In this document: positions 1-10,867 of the stretch, piece by piece
Layout: each line of letters starts with the position of its first letter
How positions within the stretch are numbered: position 1 is the stretch's first letter
Assembly (NCBI RefSeq): GCF_006345805.1
Contig: NC_043000.1
Coordinates: 85,622,001-85,686,000 of the forward strand
From: Octopus sinensis
Taxonomy: Eukaryota
Reading direction: 5' to 3'
Length of the DNA stretch: 64,000 nt
The notes under the pieces: model-generated
Seen by the model: the letters and a program-made list of their open reading frames with translations, nothing else
Database searches by the model: none
Told to the model about the DNA's origin: nothing
Position numbers and translations under genes: made by a program

Positions 1-1150
1 AGTCGAGGCGGTACTGGCTTCAGCTACGATTCGGATGGTGCTTTTTACGTGCCACCGACACGGAAGCCAGTTGAGGCGGCGCTGGCATCGGCCACAATTC
101 GGATAGTGCTTTTTACATACCTCCAGTCCCAGGGCCCTGGCATCTGCCAGGTGCTAGTCATAGGATTGGTTCAATTTCGATTCCGATTTTGATTTCACTT
201 GCCCCAACAGGTCTTCGCAAGCAAGGGGGGTTGCCATAGGTGCCTGTCGTCGGATGAGGTTCGATATCGACTTTGCTTGCCTCAACAGGTCTTTGTGTGT
301 CCAAGGGGGGAAAGGCATGCATAAATGGGCTGGACTCACTTGTCCTGCCTGGTCTTCTCACGCACAGCATATTTCCAAAGGTCTCGGTCGCTTTTCATTT
401 CCTTAGTGAGACCCAAGGTTCGAAGGTCGTGCTTCACCACCTCGTCCCAGGTTTTCCTGGGTCTACCTCCTCCACGGGTTCCCTCAACTGCTAGGGATTG
501 GCACTTTTTCACACACCTATCTTCATCCATTCTCGCCACATGACCATACCAGCACAATCGTCTCTCTTGCACACCACAACTGATGCTTCTTAGGTCCAAC
601 ATTTCTCTCAGGGTACTAACGCTCTGTCGAGTATGCACGCTGACATTACACATCCATCGGAGCATACTGGCTTCATTCCTCGCGAGCTTACGCATGTCCT
701 CAGCAGTCACGGCCTATGTTTCACTGCCATGTAGCATGGCTGTTCGTACACATGCATCATACAGTCTGCCTTTTACTCTGAGCGAGAGGCCTTTAGTTAC
801 CAGCAGAGGTAAGAGCTCCCTAAACTTTGCCCAGGCTATTCTTATTCTAGCAGTTACACTTTCAATGTACCCACCCCCACTACTGACTTGGTCACCTAGA
901 TAACGGAAGCTATCAACTACTTCTAAGTTTTTCCCCCTGGAAAGTGACGGAAGTTGTTTTCTGCAGATTTTCAGAGATTATTGCTCCTGAGCATCTGCCA
1001 CATACAAAAACTATCTTCCCAGTTAGCCTTCCTTTGACATTGCTGCACCTCTTATGTGTCCATAGCTTACACTGGGTGCATCTTATAGAGTTTCTACCTA
1101 CACCTTTTCTACAGATCGAGCAGGGCCATCTTCCTGAAGACATTTGTGAG
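1..1150 (-). mobile_element. 5'-truncated RTE-clade LINE (PHD finger + RT C-terminus + 3'UTR), pseudogenized, runs off the window start
   Basis: Minus-strand translation SGRWPCSICRKGVGRNSIRCTQCKLWTHKRC...VCGRC, then after a +1 frameshift EVVDSFRYLGDQVSSGGGYIESVTARIRIAWAKFRELLPLL..., ET*AVTAEDM, RRLCWYGHVARM, GRPRKTW. These are typical RTE C-terminal motifs. Confidence 0.9.
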
Positions 1151-1734
1151 TTACTCCAAACATGAACAAAGAGGAAACACAACACAAGGACGTGGAACAA
1201 GTATAGTGTTATTGGACACTCAGGAAAGGAAAGAAAGAAGGATTTAACGTTTTGCGCAGAGCTCTTCATCAGAAACATAGAAAAAGGAAAGACAGAGAAA
1301 GAAAATCGCCAACGATACACACACGGTCATATATTGAACTTCTGTTACTGTAGAGAAAATTCTCTCTTATGGTAATAAGGTGTAAAAACACCATACCTGC
1401 TCAATTTTGCCATCTGTCAGGATTCCCAGACATCGATGTTTCTAGCTCCTTAGCTTTTATCAATGGGAAATACATGAGAGAGGCAACTCTGACCAGATCT
1501 TTTAAATCTATAGCTTTATCTAAAATACAGTCAACAACATTGACAGATTTGCGCCAGTAGACCACCAGGTTTTGGAAATTGCCGAAATATTAGCACCAAG
1601 CAGTGTTTAGGAATAAGCAAAGTTTAGATAAGTTGCTATATGGTTGTGACATATTTCAACTGCTCAAAGGCAAATTTACTGCAGTTACCATGGAGAAAAT
1701 TTTCTCTTATGGTAAAAAGGCACCTTTTAGTGGA

Positions 1735-1915
1735 TTTCATGCACAGAAACTGAAAGAAGGCTGTCGTGTATATGTGTATATTTGTGTGTCTGTGTCTGTA
1801 CCCTCATCATTGCTTTACAACCAATGTTGCTGTGCTTACATCTCTGTAACTTAGTTGTTTGGTAAAACACACCGATAGAATAAGTACTAGGCTTACAAGG
1901 AATAAACTATGCCAT
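1735..1915 (+). mobile_element. SINE family C, 3' half
   Basis: gaaactgaaagaag..cgtgtatatg...cgatagaataagtactaggcttaca; same family as the tRNA-headed copies at 28014 and 51633. Confidence 0.7.
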
Positions 1916-1921
1916 TTTAAT

Positions 1922-1949
1922 TCCAAGCAACGCCAGGTATCTTTGCTAG
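1922..1949 (+). mobile_element. Isolated Helitron-type 3' terminus
   Basis: tccaagcaacgccaggtatctttgCTAG|t: decayed CCGGGCAACGCCGGG-type subterminal hairpin followed by CTAG and target T. Confidence 0.5.
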
Positions 1950-2166
1950 TATATTATATATATTTTCCATTCCTTAACTCCTGTATTCTTATTTGCATGC
2001 CTGGCAACCCATGAAATAAAAAAAAACTCTTTTCAATTTATCATACTTTGATAAGAAAAAAATTCACAACCTTCCATCTCGTCAAACCACTATTGTCCCT
2101 GAAAGTTGTTTTTTATATTTACTATGAATTGCTTCAAGCTTTCTTCCTACACCTCGATCCTTTGAT

Positions 2167-2202
<36 letters not shown>

Positions 2203-2424
2203 TGTGTGCTTATGTTTCTAGACATCATGTGATGGTTGTAAATGAGTTTCAGGTGATGTTGCTTGTCTCCAATTTTCCATGGAAAGTATGTATCGCTTTT
2301 GGTGAAATAATACTTTGCTTGAAAATAGCAACAAGAAGGAGATCCAGCTGTAGAAAAACTGCCTCAGCAGCAGATTCTGCTTGTCCTATGATGATGACGA
2401 TAATGCTAATACATATCTTTTTCC

Positions 2425-2760
2425 TTTATTACCACTGCTTTAGTGAAGGTAGAGGTATTGTTTTCAGTTGTGTTTGTTTGTTTGTTCATGGAATCTTAAG
2501 AACCACTGGATGGATTCAGATGAAACTTTCAGGGATGTTTGGCCTTGTGACTGACATGAACTGATTAGATTTTGGGATCGATCTGGTCCCGGAGAAGGAT
2601 TCTGGATTATTTGTTATATTTACATTACATGAAGTATTACGATCTTACATTGACTTTCAAGTCGTTCTCTGATTATCTCCCTTGAGAGCATGATCATGGT
2701 TTCCACGTAAGTTATGGCGGCATTCCTGTTTCCAAAGTTTTATTTTCATTTCTCTATTAT
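2425..2760 (+). mobile_element. Helentron-associated (HINE/DINE-1-like) non-autonomous element
   Basis: 5' ttaccactgctttagtgaaggtagaggt stem, (GTTT)n tract, then ggatggattcagatgaaactttcagg...ttttgggatcgatctgg, which is the usual HINE layout; 3' end not defined. Confidence 0.55.
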
Positions 2761-2889
2761 TAATTTTACTATCTTAGCAGAAACTAATGGATAAAGAAAA
2801 CAAACAGTAGCAAAACATTCAGAAATTAAATAACACTAACATATTCAGTAACAAAAATAAATTTAATTTATCCTAGACAATTTTTAACT

Positions 2890-3323
2890 TCACCAATTTT
2901 GAATATATCGCTCCTGTTTAAAACCTCTCGCCTACTTGACAATTGCATTTCTAGCTCTGCTTTGAAGGAAGCTTTACTTCTTGGACTCAGGGTTTTGTGT
3001 GCAACAATGTTGTTAAACATCTGTTAACAGCACCATATGCCGCTCCTTTCCATTTTCTTCCAAGCACAGATAAATTTTTCTCCATAGACCTTAATGGTCA
3101 TAGAGTCACTATATCAGTGAATAGACTAAAAAAGGCCTTCATAGAAAAAACTATCTCTGTTCCCACTGCAGATTACACACACACAGCATTACAAGCATGG
3201 CCTGCACACCCACCTTCATATTCCATGACTACCATTTGGATCGATCAGGTACCAGACAAAGATTGTAGATTATTTTTCCTGTTTTTTTATTTAATTTTTG
3301 AGAGCGGTCAGGTTCATTTTTAG
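2890..3323 (+). mobile_element. Ty3/Gypsy integrase C-terminal remnant
   Basis: ORF 2997..3323 KHLLTAPYAAPFHFLPSTDKFFSIDLNGHRVTISVNRLKKAF resembles the Gypsy GPY/F region (L.PPYDGPF.V...DK.F.I..NG....VS.DRLK.A) and ends in SGQVHF. Confidence 0.75.
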
Positions 3324-3489
3324 TATTCTCATTTGTGAGAGCAGTCAAATTTATTTCAGATATCCTCATTTTAAAAATCACTGGCTGATTGTTTAGAGGA
3401 CATTGGTGTTGCCTTGGCAAAAGTTTGCACTCTCTAAGTGCTCTTGTTTTCTTTGTGTTCCAGCCCAAAGGTGGTCATGCTGGGTCACC

Positions 3490-4290
3490 ACCACTTTCAT
3501 CATCTTTCCAATGGCAATCCTTATGTGGTTGGTTTTTAATGAATAAGGGAGTTTGATGTTGCTGCCTTTGTTTGAGTTTCTTGTCGTAATATAAATTCAC
3601 CTGGCTTCCTGGGCTGTAGATGATCGAGGTGCTTCTTGAAAACATCTACTTGCACCCCATGTAGATCCTTCAGAATTTTGAATGAGATAAACAGCTATGA
3701 TCCCTTGAAAGCCAAGCTATTGCAGTATCTGATCCTTCCTCTAGATGGCGTGGTTGGGACCTTTGGCACTGCTATGATGTCCTGTTCAGGAATTGATATA
3801 ATTCTCGATGCCAAAGTTTTGTTTTAGCCTTTCCAAGATCTTCCATATGTATATCAATGTATCTTCACACAGAAGAGTAGTCATTATTCTTTCAGCCTCT
3901 CCTTGTAGCTCAACTGCCTCATTGAAGCAATTCTCTTGGTGTAGTACCATTGAATTGCTTCAGATTTCACTGTTAATTTGATACTGTGGGGTGATCATGG
4001 TTGAACAATGTAGTCCAGATGGCTGGCATCAAATGTCCTTCATAGGACTAGGATAGTTTTCTAGTTACTTGTTCTGAAAATTCTGAGTCCTGGCCTTTTG
4101 CCCACACATTTCCACCATCTTGATGACATGTACATGAGCAAAGCATCATTGTTCATATCAATCCCCAGATCTCATACTAGCTCTGAGATTGCCATTCCTT
4201 CTGGGCCAAAATATCTTTGTTGCAGTGTGTCAATTCTCTGTAGCGGGTGCTGACCACTTTTTTCTAACTAAAGGGATATTTTACCCAATT
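3490..4290 (-). mobile_element. Decayed CR1-clade LINE, RT C-terminus
   Basis: Minus-strand fragments DLGIDMNND, HLDYIVQP*SPHS, EAIQWYYTKRI, LSYKERLKE, NSLAFKG, DLHGVQVDVFKKHLD, AATSNSLI with many stops and frameshifts. Confidence 0.75.
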
Positions 4291-4338
4291 TTCTAAAGCT
4301 GTTTCCACAGCTGTTCCCCTGCATTTGAGATTTTCTTC

Positions 4339-4380
<42 letters not shown>

Positions 4381-4451
4381 GTGTGTGTATGGATGAATGT
4401 ATGTATGAATATATGTATGTATGAATGTATGTATATATGTATGTGTATAAT

Positions 4452-4766
4452 GAAGGTACATGGGTAAATAGTTAGGGTATTCATCTCACAAATGTAACGT
4501 CATGAACTCAATACTTGGTGGAGCATTGTGTTCTTGAGAAAAACACTTTATTTTATGTTGCTCCAGTCCATAATTGGCGAAAACCAGTTGTACTTGTAAT
4601 TCAAAGGGCCAACCTTGTCACATTATGTCACATTGAATCTCCCTGAGAACTACTTTAAGGGTATGCAAGTTTGTGGAATGCTCAGCCACTTGCATGTTAA
4701 TTCCTGAGTAGAGCAGTTCTATTGATAGGATCAACTGGAACCCTTGCCATAACTGATGGATTGCCA
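4452..4766 (+). mobile_element. SINE family D (tRNA-like head, GTGTCCTTGAGCAAGACACTT-type central domain)
   Basis: ~300-bp homology to 24040..24342; flanked by (TA)n/(TG)n. Confidence 0.8.
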
Positions 4767-4792
4767 GTCTTATATGCATATGTGTGTGTGTA

Positions 4793-4829
<37 letters not shown>

Positions 4830-5589
4830 TACAGAATTCAATTGTTTCTAGTGAGTGCTTGCCACTTTCTTTTGTCTAAAGAGGTATATTTTCTAATTTT
4901 CTGACTTTCTAATGCTGTTTTTACAGCTATTCTTCTGCATACATATTTGTTTCTTCCTGCTTTTCGAAGCCTGCATTATACCATAATATAAGGTTGTTGT
5001 TTTTAACTTTGTTTTTCAAATTTTTATTTCCTTTTCAGTGCATGCTCTCTTAATTACTCTTAATACACCTATTTTTTCTGAAAATCTTTTCTCTCTGTAT
5101 CTAATGTGGCTTGTGGATGAAACATATCTTGACTGACTTGGTGCTTGTCTGACTACTAAGTCTAGTATTGTGCTATTCCATTTAAAACCTTAAGGGTCAC
5201 TTTAGGTTTAAATGACAACATTATATTGCCATATCATATTTCACAACAACTCCAGCTACCTTCTGCTCTAAATACCCCACACCACATCTAAATTATACTT
5301 AGAATACGACTATCAAACACCAAATTCGTCAGTTCGCTTCCAAAATCCAGTGGTAACACCTTGAAGAAAACTACATGTTTATGTATGTCTTGGATGAACT
5401 AATGATGCAATTGAACCAACAGGGTGCAACTGGATGCCACATCTTAGGATATTTATGCAGTAGAAACACATGTTGGTTAGAGATTTAAAGTAAATGCATT
5501 GTGTGTAATACTGTAATAAACAAGCTTGCGAGGATGTATGATTCTCCATTCTTATTTTTAATGCCTTGAATATATGAATTTCACAACAA

Positions 5590-6390
5590 GTTCCAATCTG
5601 ATTAGGCATAGTTTCTACAGCTGGATGCCCTTCATCATGCCAACCACTCCAAGAGTGTAGGGGGTGTTTTTTATGTGCCACCGGCATGGGTACCAGTTAT
5701 GAAACACTGGCATCAGCCACAACTATGATCTCACTTGACTTGACAGGTCTTGTCAAACACAGTATATTGCCAAAGGTCTCGGTCATTTGTCACTGCCTCT
5801 GAGCTCAAAGTTTGAAGGGTGCTTTTTATGTGCCAGCATGGGTGCCAGTTATGCAACACTGGCATTGGCCACAACTGCAATTTCTCTTGGCTTGGCTTGA
5901 CGGATCTTATCAAGCACAGCATATCATCCAACATTCAAAGGGTGCTTGTTACGTGCTACCAGCATGAGTACCAGTTACGCGACACTGGCATCAGCTATGA
6001 CTTCAATTTCACTTGGCTTGATGGGTCTTCCCAAGCATGACATAACACCAAAGATCTCAGTCATTTGTTATTACCTCCATAAGGCCCAACATTTGAAAAT
6101 CATGCTTCACCACCTTGTCCCATGTCTCCCTAGGTCTACCTCTTCCACAGGTTCCCTCTACTGTTAGAGATCAGCACTTCTTCACACAGCTGTCCTCATC
6201 CATATGCATCACATGACCATACCTGTGCAGTCATCTCTCTTGTGCATTACATCTGATGCCTCTTATGCCCAACTTTTCTCTCAAGACACTTGCACTCTGT
6301 TGTAGATGCACATCCATCAAAACATACTAGCTTCATTTCTTTCAAGGCTTCACATGTCTTCGATGGTCACAGCCCATGTTTAACTGCTCT
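5590..6390 (-). mobile_element. Older RTE LINE 3' fragment with a triplicated stop-codon region
   Basis: Homologous to 330..740; tail ctacagctggatgcccttc at ~5615; three copies of ccagtta..acactggcat..cttgac..tctt..caa.cac at ~5690, ~5840 and ~5965. Confidence 0.8.
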
Positions 6391-8174
6391 GTAGCATGCA
6401 GTGTGTGGATGGTACCCGTGACATTGAAGTATCTCTACTTTCTACTTGTATTACATATTCATTATGGGTGATGTTTTATTTGTGAAGACATATTCTCATA
6501 TTTGTCTAAATGTTTGGATAAAATATGTTTGGATAAAATATGAATATCAATTCGAGCCAACATGCCCCCCATCTTGGTCTTTGGCATGCTCATAGAGCAC
6601 AAACAACTATTTCCCATCATTGTTCTCTCATCAGTGTTTGTTTAGCCTCTCTACTAAAGTCCTAGAGGTGTCTCTAATGTATGCTGTGTTCTTGTCTTTA
6701 CAAACCCCTTCTATGCACTTTACGCTATAGGCTGCATTCTCCTTACACTTCCCCTTCACACCCTAATCCCAATCTTTTCTCCTTTCTATCCCTTCATATT
6801 CACTAAATCTCCAATGATTGTACCTAGAAAATGGTTATACATAGTATGTAGGCATTTTCTGGATGGAGGGGAGGGAGCACAGGTATTATAGTATATACTA
6901 TAGAGGTACCTTGAAGGTTACCCACTCTTATTGCAAAAACTTGCTTTGTTAGCTCATCAGCAGAATGTAAAAAGACAGAAGCAAATGAAAATTAACAAGA
7001 GCCTACGCATAACTGCAATGATCCCAACAACCTAATACCCACTTAATGGCATTTTCTTGGACAAAGGAAGTGTGTATAGGCCTAAAATCCATATTCCCTT
7101 TATACAGAACTTATACCAAGGTAATAAAAAAACTGTTTCATGTTGAAGTTTTACCCACAAAAGAATTCATGGACCTTGAATCTATCTCACTATTAAATTC
7201 CTTTCAAGGCCTCTGGTCAATTTTGGAAAGAGTATGCCCAACCAGATATGGCTTTTACTGTCATCTATCTAATATATGCTGTGTTTAAGTGGCATTAAAC
7301 TGAAAATCTGTTATTATTTAACAGTTGCAAGCATTCTTTGAAGTTTTTGATTATATGTACTGCTGTTCACATTTCTTATCTATTGTTGTTGTTATTCGGA
7401 ACATGTTGGAACTTTCTTACACTTTTTCCAAACTCTTAATTCTTTTTTTTTTTTTTTCGGTCATATTAGACCTTTATACCATTCAATAACTTTTCTATTA
7501 CTCTCAGTTTATGTTTTACATAGGCCTTTTACAAAAAGTATTATATAAGATCATTGCTTCTGTTTTGAATTCTTTTTCCATGCATTTTCTTATGCACTTC
7601 CTCACCATCTTAAATCATGTTTATTTGTTGACTTTGACTAGTTTTTGTCTGTGCGTTTGTTTTCTTTTTATTAAACTCAGCAAAAAATATGCTTTTCACT
7701 CACTACACCAGATTTCTCCACCAACCTCCTTCTCTCCACTTCTCACACATTCCTCTCACCATTTTTATGGCTTAGCTCCCTACTGTACACTCCTTCCTTG
7801 CATATATATTTCTCTATCTGTTTTTTTTAACCAAGGTCATGTATGTAGTATGTTTGTGTTGCATTTTATGCAGAACAGTGGAAACTTTATGTACACACAT
7901 AATTTTATGTTTCAGTCAGTCTCCCCTCTCTTGCTTTTCTTCTTTCTCCTACAAAAACTCTTTTTTACTCTCTCCTTCTCTGTCTCAATACCCTCCCTTT
8001 TGACAAATTTATTTATTTACTCTTGTTTTCATCTTGTGACTTCACCTTATTTCATTCATTTGTTCATTAGTTTTATTTTTGCACTTGTTTTTCCATGCTA
8101 GCATTAATCCTTCTCTGCTTTATCAGTTAATGATATCTTAATCCACCTGTTTTTAAAGCCATAAAGCCAGCAGA

Positions 8175-8600
8175 TGACCTATTGACAGGGGAAATGACAG
8201 ATGTACTGCCTGCAGCTGAGCAATATTTGGGAAAGTGTTAATGTGAACAAACACACAGACACACATATAGTTATATGCACAAATGGCTTCTTCCAGTTTG
8301 CATCTACCAAATCCACACACAAAACTTTGATTGACCCATGGCTATTGTAGAAGACACTTGCCCAAGATGCGGTATTGAGACTGAACCCCAAACCACATGA
8401 TTAAGAAGTGCACTTCTGCACTACATAGATATAACTATATTCCTCTGTCAAAACTACGCGCATAATGGTCTTCTTTCAGTTTCGGTGTACCAAATCCTCT
8501 TACAAAGCTTTGCTTGGCCTAAAACCCTAGTAAAGGACACTTGCCCAAAATGCCATACAGTGGGACTGAACCTGAAACCATATGGTTGCAAAACAAATTT
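8175..8600 (-). mobile_element. Two SINE family C copies (minus strand)
   Basis: Reverse complement of the C head twice (gacacttgcccaa..tgc....agtgggactgaacc..aaaccatatggttg) at ~8350-8410 and ~8535-8590. Confidence 0.75.
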
Positions 8601-10739
8601 CTTCAACATATAATTTTGCCTCTGTTGGTCCAGTAGCCTGTTACTCTGGAATTTGCACAATATGCAGTGCTTTCTACAGCCAAGTCGGACTGGATGGAAA
8701 GATATATCACACCATAACAATAGCAAAAGCAGTTTGGAAAGAAAAATATGCATACAGATAGTAATTCAACAGTATCCCATCTTTACAGAAGTAAAAATAA
8801 ATCATAAAAGTGATGAAATTAATAAAAAAAATAGCAGCAGTAGGAGGAGGGGGAGGAGGTAAAAGTGAGAAAAAAAATGAAACATAGAAAAATGTTACCC
8901 AGAAAGTGTATTCAAAGTACTGAGAGATTTCAAGATAGGATGTCATTTCATTGACTAGAGAAAAGAGTGTTAAATTAAGAGGTTGAGTGTTTGAGACAAG
9001 TTGTTCAGGATCAAGCAATCTAGTGAAGTTTAAGATGATGTTGGTGCTTCATGAAGTCATAACTCCCTGCTAGGGAACTTGGCCTCAATGCTTGTAATAG
9101 AGCAAGCTTCACTAAAGAGCAAGACAGTGATATTAAATTAGGTGGCATGGTGTACTTCTCAGAAACAACTGCATTTTGAGAGTAATGTAGTGAAAAGTGG
9201 TCTGAAAGGAAAGTAGACTGTACTAACAGAAGTGAACTGACAGTATCTTTTGAAAGTGTAATGTTGTTTGGTTGGTTGTTTAACAATGGGGCATTCTGTT
9301 TGTTTGTTTGTTTTTTTTGTTTTTTTTTTGTTGGGTGTGGTAAGCAACACTAGCGATTACCTCAATTTATAGGTGTAATGTAGATTTGAATGCTTTGAGA
9401 TAGTAACTTGTTATCAAAGACATTGTTTTGTACATGTATCAAAATCTAGTAACTATGTGAGGGAAAAAATGGTGGTAAGTGTAGGGATTTATTGTCAAAG
9501 TCTGCAAATTAGGTAGATTTGACATTAGGAAAAATTAAGCTCCCTATATATGTAGGAATAAGATATACTTTTAAGTAAAACTCTTCAATATGTACTAGAA
9601 AGGCATGCATTAAAGATATTCTCAGAAAAATTCTAGTTGAAAATTTTAAATACAGATCAGTTTCTGTTGCACTTGGCATTCTGTTTAATTTCACTTACAT
9701 ATATTGTTCACAATGGCAAGGCAAATGTTCATGTTGAATTTGTTTTGTTATGTAGCCAAATAATAAATGCTTTGTCAAAGGATAGTTCTAAATAGAAAGA
9801 AAATATTTTTAAAAAGCCATGGATACTGATGGTAATTATGAATTAAGACCTTGAAATAACCAAAGTTCTTTCATACTACCAGATGTTAAACAATGATGAT
9901 GAATCATAGACATAATGATCTCATGAGTGAGTTCTTATCAGGAATCTAACTTAATTTATTAAAAAGATCATATTACATTATTATCATATTTTATTAACCT
10001 GCTCACATGTGTAAATGCCATTTCATTAAAGATAGTGTCAGTATACTTAAGATTAAATTTGTTATTGACTAAATACAGTTAAAAGACTTGCACTCAAGGT
10101 TACAAATACTGTGACAAGTAACAAAGTAGATTAAATTGATTTGTAATTTAAATCTCAGATGTTTCTACTTAGAGAGAAATATCTATTGCATTATAATGTG
10201 TCATCTTCAAGAATGTATATTTTATTATTTAAATATTCATTATACATGATTCATCATCATTGTTTAACATCTGCCTTCCATACTGGCATGGTACAAAATT
10301 CCAGGCATTAATGCTATCATGAAAAATATACTTGAAAAATAATTTTCCAACATTTCAACTTCATAACATTCAAATGTCCATCATCCACTTATATCTTGTT
10401 CCGTTTTTTTTTCTATCAGTTTAATTGTTGCTTTGATTACTATCAGAAAAAGTTTTTAGATAGGTTGGTGAAATGTGTGCAATCTATGAAAGAAAACAGG
10501 ATCCTGAAACACACTTCAAAGTAAATTTTACTTTAACATCATTGACATCTAGAAATAGTTGGAATACTATACTTTTCATATATTATACTGACTTGTTTTC
10601 ATGAGTATTTTATAAATAGTTGTTATGTATTCTGTACAGGAAAAAATAATGAACCTGTCTGCAGTTTTAAAATTTCCACTCAAACATTAAATTTTCTTTC
10701 AGATTTTAGAGGGGTAATAACCTCTTGGCAGGAGTCAAA

Positions 10740-10867
10740 ATGGCTTTTCTTCATAAAGGCATTTCTCGACTTCAAGCCGAAAAGCGTCTATTACAAAACA
10801 AAGAGGATGGAAGTTTTCTTATACGAGAAAGTGAGACTGTACCAGGAGCCTATGTGCTTTGTCTTCT
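10740..10867 (+). CDS. INPPL1: SHIP coding exon 1 (start codon; SH2 N-half)
   Basis: caaaATGG start with an in-frame TAG upstream; [42 protein letters not shown]; acceptor tttcag at 10702 (37 nt of 5'UTR in this exon); donor gtaagc; phase 2. Confidence 0.95.

Noticed and set aside
6900-7290. Possible exon(s) of another gene near ORF 7046..7288
   Set aside because: I tried both strands; no frame gave a recognisable protein with matching acceptor and donor sites.
7511-8101. 196-aa hydrophobic ORF resembling a membrane protein
   Set aside because: T/C-rich low-complexity sequence (Phe/Leu/Ser bias), TTG/GTG-type or weak start, no recognisable motif or credible exon boundaries.
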